Shown here piece by piece: positions 50,401 through 59,048 of a stretch of DNA of 64,000 nucleotides (position 1 is the stretch's first letter; every line of letters begins with the position of its first letter). Below the pieces are notes generated by a model. It was given only the letters and a program-made list of their open reading frames with translations, searched no databases and was not told the DNA's origin. The DNA is from Candidatus Shapirobacteria bacterium (GTDB lineage Bacteria > Patescibacteriota > Microgenomatia > UBA12405). A program made the translations under genes and the position numbers. Location of the stretch: positions 7,454 to 71,453 of the forward strand of contig JBAZSP010000001.1 in NCBI GenBank assembly GCA_041663285.1, read 5' to 3'.

Positions 50401-52353
50401 CCCGAAGGCGGCCTTTTAAGCTATAGTTCTCACCAGGATCTGGAATCGGTCGCAAAACCCGCCGGTGGTGCCGAAAGGGGAGGAGGTGGTGGTGACCGAT
50501 CAAGCTTCAAAAATACTGTACTTTTTAAAGAAGTTGAATCTGATTTAAACGGCCGGGCTACCTTAAAGTTCAAACTACCCGACAACATTACCTCCTGGCG
50601 CCTAAGTTCCCTGGCGGTATCTCCCAATCTTTTTGCCGGTGACAATTTTACCCTTATCCCCGTAACCAAGCCTCTCTTTGTCAATCTGGTTACTTCCGAT
50701 AATTTTATTACCTCCGATCAGCCCAAGATCACCGCTGTTTCCTATGGTGACTCCCTCTCGGATTCCGATGACGTAAAATTCAATCTTACGGCTGACTCAC
50801 TCAACCTCCGGCAGTCGAAGTCCGCCAAAGCTTTTCAGACTGTCGATTTTGACTTGGGTAAACTGTCTCCCGGCTCTCATAAATTAAGGATTGAGGCTGT
50901 TAGAGGCCAGGAAAGTGATGCTTTAATCCGCACTATAAATGTAGTTGATTCCCGATTTGTCGCTCCTCAGACCGAGTTTAAAGATATCTTAGAACGTTAT
51001 AGCCCATCCTGGGCTTCTTCTTCGCCGGCCAACTTTATTTTGGTAGATAAAGCCATCGGTTACTGGTTCCCCTATGTTCAGCAGCTTTCGTCGCTGTCAA
51101 ATTTTGGCCAGCAGGAGCGGCTTGACCGGATAGCCGCCCAATCAATCTCTGGGGAATTACTTACGGATTTTTATAGCCAATCACTTCCGGATCAGAGCTT
51201 GTCTCTTGATCGTTATTTAAAAAGCAATGGTTATTCTCTTTTGCCGGGTGCCGATGCAGATTTAGCTCTGACCAGTTCCATAGCTGCGGCTAATTTGCCC
51301 ACAGTCTCGGCCTCTTCATTAAAAACCATCCTGTGGCGGTACTTCCATCAGGAGTCGGATATTACCCGTGCTTCAGCTGCTTTATGGGGATTAGCCGAGC
51401 TAAACGAGCCGGTGCTTACTATCGTCCAAAACTTAGCCCGAGAGCAAAACTCTGTTTTTGGCCAGCTGTATCTTAGCTTGGCCGCTGCCGCTTTAGGGGA
51501 TCACGCTTCCTCGCAGGCAATTTTTAATCAAGCCACCGCCTCTTCCTTGGTCGAAGAATCACCCTACAAGTTTATTCGTATCGGCGAAGATTCAACTCTT
51601 AATCGTAAAGCTACCGCCCTGGCTGCTATTGTAACCGCCAGACTAAATCAAACCGAAATCACCGATGCCTTTTGGCGCTACCTCAATTCAACTTATGACA
51701 CCGACAATCTTATTGTTCTCGAAAAAGCCTTGATTCTAAAACATCAGCTGGCAAGCATACCCTCTTCCCAAACGGTCTTTAACATTTATCTAAGAGGTCA
51801 AAAGTCCGAGAAAACTTTAACCGATGGCCGTTCTCTTAACGTCGAAGTTTTCCCCACCGAACTTAAAGATTTTTCCATTGAGCCGCGCCTTGGCCGGTTA
51901 TCACTAATTGCCTCTTATTGGCAAAAAATTGATCCTTCCTCCTTAAAAACTGATCCCAATTTAGATATCAAGCTTTCACTTGAGCCGTCAAATCAAATTT
52001 CTGCCTCATCAGTCGTCAAGGTTAGGATTGATTGGCAAATCAAACAAGACGACACAAATCAATCCCACCTAGCTACGGTCAACTTGCCTTCGGGTTTAAG
52101 CTATATCGACAACCCTTATCAATATCACCTCGATCTCCCCGCCAATACCTATTACGGTTGGCCTTCAATGGTAAAAAACAATCAGCTAAACTTTTGGCTG
52201 ACCAAATGCGCATCCAATTGTTCTACTTTATACTTCCTTGCCCGGCCGGTAAACAAAGGCAGCTTTACATTTGAGCCATCAATAATTTATGCCAAAAATA
52301 CACCCTCTTCTCTTAATCTTACCCCTTCTTCTCCTGATCTTATTATTAAGTAA
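47437..52353 (+). CDS. Alpha-2-macroglobulin-family giant protein (1638 aa), membrane-anchored, apparently lacking the CxEQ thioester
   Basis: N-terminal anchor helix, many beta-rich MG-like repeats. A2M-like block ...LLSVIDQALSDLYG... and ...ITSWRLSSLAVSP.... The position where the thioester would sit reads FGQQE, with no Cys. Confidence 0.7.
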   Translation: MPAKTKNLILLPILLLVFTIGVFILRSRYKPPSVDRYSPATRLQLTSSQDLQLTATKTSSAGIDPQTSLLLTGQAPLDFNAISQSLKISPSVPFKITPKSDKTAEIVLSQALEPSKIYKFVLPALVGKVEAKDYNWAFQVSSPLKITGTYPGNQSTGIPLNAVIEIYFNNPDFNVDYQKYVTVTPGIDGHFEKHQNTLVFVHQGLSPTTLYTVTVKSGIALSDNSQKTQEDYTFQFETSSTEKQSEKIYQFTQPIFETTPSSQSIVFLSNYEVTTTSGKGRVYQLTADEFKNCLSQRSTVPGWSYYALARFRCQPPRESAAEFDVDIKSTGQNGQQYIEIPGSLSQPYYLFELDNPQSPPSQTLLQISNYSWYYWFGERESLVWINDLSSKKPAVSVPVSLDGKPIGTTNQDGILTFATPKNFADSPQPILELATSPHHSFSLVGYSSRYQPYDFSSYNSAHTSYWSYLYTDRNLYLPDDVVNLWGIIQSRNGQPVSEVTVNLFPPNDYSYSKNESEPLKSVKIPVSSAGTFVASFDLAGVNPGWHTLSVYNGSELVSSSGFSVQTFTKPAFKLTAKASKYAIRAGDSNQISIQASFYDGTPLANTTLAWTAWSNQRKTGEVTTDSSGRATVNLTTEYQEGQQNYWPYQATINFWPKDQQEGDINAFASFSVYGPDYRLIPAVKWDSESSSAKGSVKVQRYDYNLLNQKYWVEDFPPVPNVKVNLALTRIWYDQIENGEYYDPINKISRKKYRYERRTEPAGSQELTTDAQGLITFGFSAAKLSQYELVFSTKDPSGRTAYSISHFFAGLSGTGEGESSQGFTLEADKDQYRVGEVAKIKLLNDQLPAPSESPNRYLLFSVNSGSILDHRSQSQNTLDFEFQQKYVPNVFVKAVWFNGKNHTQPGYTYGHDAGLNLRYLHEEKALTVKVNSDKSKYQPQDEVRLSIEVKDAQGQPRQSRILLSVIDQALSDLYGIPQSALLSSLYRLLPEGGLLSYSSHQDLESVAKPAGGAERGGGGGDRSSFKNTVLFKEVESDLNGRATLKFKLPDNITSWRLSSLAVSPNLFAGDNFTLIPVTKPLFVNLVTSDNFITSDQPKITAVSYGDSLSDSDDVKFNLTADSLNLRQSKSAKAFQTVDFDLGKLSPGSHKLRIEAVRGQESDALIRTINVVDSRFVAPQTEFKDILERYSPSWASSSPANFILVDKAIGYWFPYVQQLSSLSNFGQQERLDRIAAQSISGELLTDFYSQSLPDQSLSLDRYLKSNGYSLLPGADADLALTSSIAAANLPTVSASSLKTILWRYFHQESDITRASAALWGLAELNEPVLTIVQNLAREQNSVFGQLYLSLAAAALGDHASSQAIFNQATASSLVEESPYKFIRIGEDSTLNRKATALAAIVTARLNQTEITDAFWRYLNSTYDTDNLIVLEKALILKHQLASIPSSQTVFNIYLRGQKSEKTLTDGRSLNVEVFPTELKDFSIEPRLGRLSLIASYWQKIDPSSLKTDPNLDIKLSLEPSNQISASSVVKVRIDWQIKQDDTNQSHLATVNLPSGLSYIDNPYQYHLDLPANTYYGWPSMVKNNQLNFWLTKCASNCSTLYFLARPVNKGSFTFEPSIIYAKNTPSSLNLTPSSPDLIIK

Positions 52354-52954
52354 GTTCTTTTTTCTGCCTCTAATTCGGCCGCCTCTCCGGGGTTTTGTCA
52401 TTCCCCAGAATTCCATGTTCAATGGCCAGATTATTGAACTGCTACGGAAGCACCAATCGCCCAATATCAAAAACATTGTAATTTTTGGTACTAACCATCA
52501 GGACGTCGGGCCTTTAATTATTTCTGTCGCTGATCCCAGTTTCCAATCATTGATTTCTACCGAGCACAGCTACCAAAATACGTTTCAGGTCGCTAAAGTC
52601 GTTTATCCCCGGGTATCGGTTACTGGTTATCTTTTTCGGCCTGGTCACGATTATCCGGCTGTCTTTAAATTTGCCGATTCACTCAAAACGGCTTTTGACC
52701 CATCTACTACCTTATTCTTGGCGTCGGTTGATTTTGCCCACTATCTTGATGAGTTGACTTCGCTTCAAAACGACGCCACCACCTTGGATTTATTAACCAG
52801 TCATAATTATCCGTCTCTTTCCAATTTAACTTCAACCCACACCGACTGTCCTGACTGCCTTATCGCTATGGCTCGCTTGTTCGGAACCGATCATCTGCTT
52901 ATCCCAAGTCACACCTATCAGTCGGCTACCAGTTACTTTTTTATGACCTGGTAA
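52289..52954 (+). CDS. MEMO1/AmmeMemoRadiSam-protein-B-like protein (divergent)
   Basis: Blocks aligning with the Memo family (GFVIPQNSMFNG ~ APHAGYxYxG; IVIFGTNHQ ~ ILGPSHH; SVDFAHYLD ~ SSDFCHWG), but the first conserved His is Gln here. Overlaps the A2M 3' end by 65 nt, so the true start may be downstream or the assignment may be wrong. Confidence 0.4.
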   Translation: MPKIHPLLLILPLLLLILLLSKFFFLPLIRPPLRGFVIPQNSMFNGQIIELLRKHQSPNIKNIVIFGTNHQDVGPLIISVADPSFQSLISTEHSYQNTFQVAKVVYPRVSVTGYLFRPGHDYPAVFKFADSLKTAFDPSTTLFLASVDFAHYLDELTSLQNDATTLDLLTSHNYPSLSNLTSTHTDCPDCLIAMARLFGTDHLLIPSHTYQSATSYFFMTW

Positions 52955-53096
52955 CTAGCTTTCTTATTCCAAGACAGCAAAAGCCCCGATAATAAAATCG
53001 GGGATGAAGCTATCAATAACCGGACGAAGTCCGACAGGAGCGGAACATTTACCCGCCTTTGGAGGGCAAAACCCCGACCGTAAGGTCGTGGGTTTT

Positions 53097-53747
53097 TTAT
53101 TCGATCTCTTCCAGGATCCCGCTACCACCTTCCGTTTCTGTTTGTACCACCGGTTTAGCAGCCGGTTTAGCCGCCACCGGAGTTGGGTAAAAAAATTCCC
53201 AGGAATCAAAAATCTCATTAAATAGTTTCATCCAATAATCAGATTTTGCCATATCGGTTTTGACCAAAAATAGTATTTGGTCATCAATCGCCCCGGCGAT
53301 CAATTTTCCGTTATCACTAAACATTATCTTCTTGCTCGGTTTATCTCCTAAGCTGGTTTCGATTACATTACCGCCCTTTAGGTTGGTGTCATTCTTAACC
53401 CAAGCCTCAACGTTACTGTATCGTGTATCTTCAGCTAAAATTATTATTTGCCCCTTTTCTTTCTGGCTTTCAATCGTTAGATTGGTGTATCGGTTCGGGT
53501 CGTCAACTTTCTGGGTCACGGTCACGCCCACCGGGTAAGTAAAAACAAAGCCGGCCTCGTCTTTCCAGGTACTTTTTGCCGGAATACTCGTCGGAGTCGG
53601 CCCGCTTTCTTGGGCAATCGGTTGGTTTTGGGTCGCTGTCTGGTCGGTCGACTTTTTAGCCTTAGTAACCGACCACATCACCCCCCAAAACACCAAACTG
53701 GCCACTATCGCCACCCCAACTACTACCACAATTTTATTTTTCACCAT
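53097..53747 (-). CDS. Hypothetical secreted/membrane-anchored protein
   Basis: Start set at internal ATG (MVKNKIVVVVGVAIVASLVFWGV signal-anchor). The upstream part of the track ORF is hydrophilic and overlaps the divergent gene. Confidence 0.45.
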   Translation of the reverse strand: MVKNKIVVVVGVAIVASLVFWGVMWSVTKAKKSTDQTATQNQPIAQESGPTPTSIPAKSTWKDEAGFVFTYPVGVTVTQKVDDPNRYTNLTIESQKEKGQIIILAEDTRYSNVEAWVKNDTNLKGGNVIETSLGDKPSKKIMFSDNGKLIAGAIDDQILFLVKTDMAKSDYWMKLFNEIFDSWEFFYPTPVAAKPAAKPVVQTETEGGSGILEEIE

Positions 53748-53769
53748 GTTTAGGTTATCATATTTAATA

Positions 53770-54195
53770 ATGAAAAAGAAACTATTTCTTATTTGTCTGT
53801 TCTCTTTATTCATCTTCTTTTCTCCTCGGTCATCTTTGGCTTTAAAAAAACGGGTCTGGCGTCCCGTTTCTTCGTCATCCGGCTCCGGTGGCTCCCCGTC
53901 AATCTCGGCCAAACTATCCGCCGACCGCCAAAACATTATTCTTTCTTTTCGAAATGTTACCGCCACCACTTCCGTTGGCTATGAGCTTACTTACATAGGT
54001 AACGATTTAGAACAGGGTATTTTTGGCTCGGTTTCTCCCTCCGAAGGCAATGCCGTTGGCCGGACAATTTATTTTGGCACCTGCTCCAAAAACCACTGCA
54101 CTCCTCACAAAAATCTTAAAAACGGTGTCCTTGCCATCACTTATCACCTTAAATCAGGCAGTACTTCGGCAAAAAAATACCGTATCCGATTTTGA
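53770..54195 (+). CDS. Hypothetical secreted protein
   Basis: Signal peptide MKKKLFLICLFSLFIFFSPRSSLA, Ser/Gly linker, 2 Cys (CSKNHC). Confidence 0.4.
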   Translation: MKKKLFLICLFSLFIFFSPRSSLALKKRVWRPVSSSSGSGGSPSISAKLSADRQNIILSFRNVTATTSVGYELTYIGNDLEQGIFGSVSPSEGNAVGRTIYFGTCSKNHCTPHKNLKNGVLAITYHLKSGSTSAKKYRIRF

Positions 54196-54204
54196 GGTTG
54201 GTTT

Positions 54205-54750
54205 ATGAAATCTTTTTTAAAAGCCCTGTTGTTGGCTTTTTTGGCCTATGCTGTCATCTTTGGTTTTTTGGGCTTTGTTTCTATCCTGATTCCCAGTCCC
54301 TATTTTTCTTATGCCCTAACCGCCAGTGCTTCTTTCTCTATCTTGGTGGCGGTTATTATTTTTGTCAGTATCCATTGGCACCAAATCCCGGCATTGCTTT
54401 TTATCCTACTTTTAGGCGTGATAACCGCCTATTTCCCCTTAGGTTATCCCATGTCCGAAGATCCTCATACCTGTCAGAGCTTTCCCTGCACAAATTTCCG
54501 GCCGGACTTACAAAAATCCTACTTTTTGGTCCGGGGTGTTCCTTTAATTTGGCAGGGTTATGCCAGCTTTCCTTTGGAATCTAAAATTAGAATTACCCCG
54601 GCTCCTTATTCCGATTTTGGCCGTTATGGCGGAGATTGGTGGGCTCCGGCTGCTTATTGGCCCAACCTTGTGAACAATATTTTAATCATTATCTATCCTT
54701 CTGCCCTTTTTTATTTGCTAAAAATTCTCCTTCCCCGATTTAGGTCTTGA
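54205..54750 (+). CDS. Hypothetical polytopic membrane protein
   Basis: 181 aa with 4 hydrophobic helices. No motif. Confidence 0.4.
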   Translation: MKSFLKALLLAFLAYAVIFGFLGFVSILIPSPYFSYALTASASFSILVAVIIFVSIHWHQIPALLFILLLGVITAYFPLGYPMSEDPHTCQSFPCTNFRPDLQKSYFLVRGVPLIWQGYASFPLESKIRITPAPYSDFGRYGGDWWAPAAYWPNLVNNILIIIYPSALFYLLKILLPRFRS

Positions 54751-55028
54751 CTTCGGGTTTTATACGGGTGTATCTTTTGGTATTGTGATCCAAAAAATTA
54801 GCGCTCCCGTTAGTGTGGTTTTAACTTTTAGTCATCGTCAGCGGACGGTCCGGCCGGTCAAGCTGGTCTGGGATGGTCACGAACATGTCATTACCAAAAT
54901 CGGTTTTCACCACACTTACTGGCAGGGGAGGACTTTATACCATGTTTTTTCAGTCGCTTCACCATCAATGTTTTTTCGTCTTGTCCTGAATACTCAAAAT
55001 TTATTTTGGATTCTCGAGGAGGTTTCCG

Positions 55029-56258
55029 ATGACCTGCCCGCCTGAATTACCTTTTAATCCCAAACCTTCTACCGTTATGTTCATCGACCTCAATTCCTGT
55101 TTTGCTTCCATTGAGCAACAGGCCAATCCGCTTTTGCGTGGTCGGCCTATTGCCGTGGCGGCTTACGATTCGCCCCGGGGCTGTATTTTGGCTCCCTCTG
55201 TCGAAGCCAAAAAATTAGGCATTAAAGTTGGTATGAGAGTGGCCGACGGTCAGCTTATTTGCCCCGGTCTTTTGGTCTTAACTCCCGACCCTCACAAGTA
55301 CCGGGCGGTTCATCGTCAGTTGCGGGCTATTTTGGGCCAATACACCACTCAATTTGTTGCCAAATCAGTCGATGAATTCGTGCTAAACCTTGAGGGTTTC
55401 CCTGCCTTTCGCCGCGGTCTGTTTACCGTCGGTCAGGAAATCAAAAGCCGGATCCGGTCCGAAATCGGTGACTGGTTGACCGTCTCTATTGGCCTGGCTC
55501 CTAACCGTTTCCTGGCCAAAACGGCTTCTAATCTAAAAAAGCCGGATGGTTTGGAAGAAATAAATATTTCTAATTTTAAGCAGATTTATGCCCGTCTGTC
55601 TTTGACCGATTTAACCGGGATCGACAAAAATCTAGCCGCCCGGCTTAATCTGGTCGGCATCCATACCGTTTTAGACTTTTTCGGCTCATCTCTTAGCCGT
55701 TTAAAATCCGCCTTCCGTTCAGTTTGCGGCTATTACTGGTATCTCCGGCTTCGCGGCTGGGAAATAGACGACGTCGAATTTGGCCGCAAAAGCTTCGGCC
55801 ACATGTATTCACTGCCGCGCCCCTTGGTTACCAAAGCCGAGCTTTCGCCGATCTTAGCCAAATTGGTCGAAAAAACCTGTTATCGGCTTCGCCAAAAAGG
55901 TTATCACACCCGCGGCCTTCATTTGGCCGTTTTATATCGTGATCATAGTTTTTGGCACCAGGGCATGGCTACTCAAGCCACCCTCTTCTCTTCTGCCGAT
56001 ATCTACAAATTGGCCCTTAGAATTTTGTCCCGCTCACCCTATCTTAAGCCGGTGGCCAATCTTTCGGTTTCCTGTTTTAATCTGGTCAAAAGCCAATCGG
56101 TTCAGTTTGATTTATTCGACACCGTCGCCCCCAAGTTAAGGCTGACCCAGGCTCTTGACAATATCAACACCATTTACGGCAATTTTGTCATCACCCCGGC
56201 CGTCATGCTTGGCACCGGCGATCAGGTTCTCGACCGCATTGGCTTTGGGAATATTTAG
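55029..56258 (+). CDS. dinB: Y-family DNA polymerase (DNA polymerase IV, DinB-like)
   Basis: ...MFIDLNSCFASIEQQANPLLRGRPIAVA... matches the DinB N-terminus (hVDMDCFFAAVE..P.L...P.AV). The true start is likely the internal ATG at 55077. Palm/fingers/little-finger length is appropriate. Confidence 0.85.
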   Translation: MTCPPELPFNPKPSTVMFIDLNSCFASIEQQANPLLRGRPIAVAAYDSPRGCILAPSVEAKKLGIKVGMRVADGQLICPGLLVLTPDPHKYRAVHRQLRAILGQYTTQFVAKSVDEFVLNLEGFPAFRRGLFTVGQEIKSRIRSEIGDWLTVSIGLAPNRFLAKTASNLKKPDGLEEINISNFKQIYARLSLTDLTGIDKNLAARLNLVGIHTVLDFFGSSLSRLKSAFRSVCGYYWYLRLRGWEIDDVEFGRKSFGHMYSLPRPLVTKAELSPILAKLVEKTCYRLRQKGYHTRGLHLAVLYRDHSFWHQGMATQATLFSSADIYKLALRILSRSPYLKPVANLSVSCFNLVKSQSVQFDLFDTVAPKLRLTQALDNINTIYGNFVITPAVMLGTGDQVLDRIGFGNI

Positions 56259-56656
56259 TAGGTTCCGCCTCCGCCTCTGTGCCTGCCCCTACTAAGTGGT
56301 CCCGTTCCCCACATGTTTGCTTGCCTTCTGGCAACAGCTAGCCTTCCGCTCCGTCCTCCTCTTATCGGTGTCGGATATCCTTGATCAGCAGAGACATCAT
56401 CCATATCCGAAACAGCTGGCGGATTTTCCGCTCCAACCCGGGGAGGGACAATTACTCGTTCCGTTTTAACAGCCATACAGTAATTATATTACTATAAATC
56501 CAATTTATCATTCAAAGGATACGGCCGGCGAACAAAGATAACCAGGCCGAATATTTAATATTAACCATCTCTATCCTGTAAAGATTAAACAAATTTTTGT
56601 TTTCTCGCTCATTTTTGCTATCATAAATCCTATCTCATAAATCATAAATCAAACTT

Positions 56657-57259
56657 GTGTACACCGAAGTCTTCTTTGACATCGAAACCCAAAAACTATT
56701 CAGTGAGGTTTCGGCTTTTAACCCCTCTCTTTTGGGAGTCTCAATTGTTTCTGTTTACGTCCGGCAAATCAATGCTGATTATCAAGAGCAAAGCGGCCAA
56801 ATGTCCAGCTTTTGGGAAAACGAGCTAGGCCAAATGTGGCCACTTTTTGCCAATGCCAATCGGGTGATTGGTTTTAATTCTCTTGGTTTTGATGTTCCCA
56901 TTTTAGCCCCTCTTTGTCCTTTCAATTTCAAAAAATTAAACCACTTCGACCTGATGGACAAGGTTAAACAGGTTATCGGGTTTCGGGTGAGCTTAAATAC
57001 TTTGGCCAAATCCACCCTCGGTCTTCAAAAATCCGACGAAGGTATTAACGCCGTCCTTTACTGGCAAAAACACGACCCGTTGTCGCTTCAAAAATTAAAA
57101 CAGTATTGCGAAGACGACGTTTATCTCACCCGTGATCTTTACGATTACGGTTTGCACCACCACCAGTTCAAGTTTATTGACAAATGGAACTCTCCCCGGG
57201 TTGTCAATATTGATTTTAGCTACCCTCCGGCCGACGACTCTCAAATCCAGCTTTTCTAA
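56657..57259 (+). CDS. DEDD-family 3'-5' exonuclease (RNase H-like fold)
   Basis: Exo I FDIET; Exo II GFNSLGFDVPIL; Exo III YCEDDVYLTRDLY (DEDDy). GTG start. Preceded by three copies of (T)CATAAATC within 40 nt. Confidence 0.6.
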   Translation: MYTEVFFDIETQKLFSEVSAFNPSLLGVSIVSVYVRQINADYQEQSGQMSSFWENELGQMWPLFANANRVIGFNSLGFDVPILAPLCPFNFKKLNHFDLMDKVKQVIGFRVSLNTLAKSTLGLQKSDEGINAVLYWQKHDPLSLQKLKQYCEDDVYLTRDLYDYGLHHHQFKFIDKWNSPRVVNIDFSYPPADDSQIQLF

Positions 57260-57292
57260 ATGTTATATTAGTTAAGTTACCACTATTTAAAA

Positions 57293-58159
57293 ATGGCTTC
57301 AGACAAATACACCGCCCTTTGGTTATCCCACACCTCCATCTCTGATTTTTTGGTTTGCCCCCGCTCGTATTATCTCAAAAACGTTTATCACGATCCGGCC
57401 AACAACCACAAGGTCAAGCTCATGTCGCCACCCTTAGCCTTAGGCCAGGCTGTCCACGAAGTTTTGGAATCGTTATCCATTTTACCCCAAAATATCCGGT
57501 TTAAAGACAATTTAGTGGAAAAATTCAGATCCAGCTGGAAAAAAGTAACCGGCCTAAGTGGTGGATTCACTGATTTTGCTTCGGAGGAAAAATATTTCCA
57601 AAAGGGCGAAGCCATGATTTCCCGGGTTGTCCAAAACCCCGGCCCCTTGGTTAATCAGGCTGTCAAAATAAACCAAGACCTACCCAAGTATTGGCTTTCC
57701 GAGGATGACAATATCATTTTATGCGGTAAGGTAGATTGGCTGGAATATTTTCCTCAAACTGATTCGGTCCATATTATCGACTTCAAAACTTCCAAAAGGA
57801 TAGAAAAAGCCGGCAGTCTTCAGCTACCAATTTATCATCTTTTAGTAAAAAACTGTCAAAAACGTTCGGTTTCTAAAGCCAGTTACTGGTATCTTAGCCT
57901 CTCCGATCAGCCACAGGAGCAGCCTTTACCCGACCCCGACGAATCCTCCCAAAAAATTCTAAAAATTGCCAAGCAGGTCAAGCTGGCCAGAAGCCTTCAG
58001 CGATTCGTTTGTCCTTATCAGGGTTGTAATGCCTGCCTGCCCTATGAGGCTATTATTCAGGGCAATGCCAAGCATGTCGGCATTGACTCTTACCACAACG
58101 ATGTTTATATTTTGCCTCCTCAACCGGCAGCCGAAACTCCCGACAGTATAATCCTTTAA
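57293..58159 (+). CDS. PD-(D/E)XK nuclease with Cas4/RecB-like Fe-S cysteine arrangement (DUF83-like)
   Basis: One N-terminal Cys (FLVCPRSYY) + C-terminal CPYQGCNAC (C-x4-C-x2-C), the 1+3 Cys pattern of Cas4/AddB-type 4Fe-4S nucleases. IIDFKTSK matches the D..(E/D)xK core. Confidence 0.6.
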   Translation: MASDKYTALWLSHTSISDFLVCPRSYYLKNVYHDPANNHKVKLMSPPLALGQAVHEVLESLSILPQNIRFKDNLVEKFRSSWKKVTGLSGGFTDFASEEKYFQKGEAMISRVVQNPGPLVNQAVKINQDLPKYWLSEDDNIILCGKVDWLEYFPQTDSVHIIDFKTSKRIEKAGSLQLPIYHLLVKNCQKRSVSKASYWYLSLSDQPQEQPLPDPDESSQKILKIAKQVKLARSLQRFVCPYQGCNACLPYEAIIQGNAKHVGIDSYHNDVYILPPQPAAETPDSIIL

Positions 58160-58903
58160 ATGAATTCCGTCCGCTTAAATAAGTTTTTAGCCGCCGCCGG
58201 TATCAGCTCCCGCCGCCATGCCGATAGCCTGATTAACGCCGGTAAAATCACCGTCAATAATCTACCAGCTCGCCTGGGTGACAAAATTGATCCCGCCAAA
58301 GACATCGTTAAGTTTGGTAACCAGGAAGTTAAGCCCGGCCCCGGCAAACATTACTACTTGCTCCACAAACCGGTAGGGGTGCTGTCCGCTTCGTCCGATG
58401 ATCGGCACCGGTCTACAGTCGTTGGACTGATTAATTCACCTGTTCGGCTTTTCCCTGTCGGCCGGCTGGACAAGGACACTACCGGCTTGATAATTTTAAC
58501 CAACGATGGTGATTTTGCCCTAAAACTTACCCACCCTCGTTACCACTTGCCCAAAACCTATTTGGTTACCGTCAAAGGTCGTCTGCCGGCCTCCAAGCTT
58601 TCCCGGCTTAACCATCCGTTTCTTTTGGAAACCGGTCCCACCCAACCAGCTCAGGCAACCATCGTTTCCCGTCAGCCCGATACTACCACTTTAAAAATTA
58701 TCTTACACGAGGGCAAAAACCGCCAAATCCGCCGGATGCTTTCCGCTTGTCGGCTTCATCTTCAGGCGTTACAAAGAATCAGTATCGGGCCGCTTAGCCT
58801 GGGGAATCTTCTGCCCGGCCATTTTCGTCCGCTTACTCCCAAAGAAGTTTGTTTATTACTCCAATTATGTAGTAATATAAATCATGACACCGCCAAAAGA
58901 TAA
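58160..58903 (+). CDS. Pseudouridine synthase, RsuA/RluB family (S4 + catalytic domain)
   Basis: S4 domain MNSVRLNKFLAAAGISSRRHADSLINAGKITVN. Catalytic ...HKPVGVLSA...VGRLDKDTTGLIILTNDG.... Confidence 0.85.
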   Translation: MNSVRLNKFLAAAGISSRRHADSLINAGKITVNNLPARLGDKIDPAKDIVKFGNQEVKPGPGKHYYLLHKPVGVLSASSDDRHRSTVVGLINSPVRLFPVGRLDKDTTGLIILTNDGDFALKLTHPRYHLPKTYLVTVKGRLPASKLSRLNHPFLLETGPTQPAQATIVSRQPDTTTLKIILHEGKNRQIRRMLSACRLHLQALQRISIGPLSLGNLLPGHFRPLTPKEVCLLLQLCSNINHDTAKR

Positions 58904-59048
58904 AAATTCCTTTCTTATACTTTTGCTGGCCTGTGTCATCTTGTTCGCTTCTTTTATCGTCAACTACACTTCCTTCTTCGACGACGATTATTTCACCGCT
59001 GTCGATTCATTGGAAGAAGTCTCTCCCAAGATGATGCTCGGCCAATAA
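58884..59048 (+). CDS. Small (54 aa) hypothetical single-TM protein
   Basis: I translated it myself: MTPPKDKNSFLILLLACVILFASFIVNYTSFFDDDYFTAVDSLEEVSPKMMLGQ*. ATG overlaps the rsuA-like 3' end; stop sits inside the 5' arm of the strong terminator. Too short for the ORF track. Confidence 0.3.
   Translation: MTPPKDKNSFLILLLACVILFASFIVNYTSFFDDDYFTAVDSLEEVSPKMMLGQ

Noticed and set aside
47437-52353. Thioester motif (CxEQ) in the A2M-like protein
   Set aside because: I searched the translation and found no Cys-x-Glu-Gln. The closest is FGQQE without Cys, so it is annotated as thioester-less rather than claiming a reactive site.
56255-56476. 73-aa minus-strand ORF (Arg/Gly-rich) in the GC-rich segment after dinB
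   Set aside because: The composition-driven translation (RGGRSGRLAVARR...GGGG) is typical of a spurious frame in GC-rich non-coding DNA. Better treated as candidate ncRNA or unknown.
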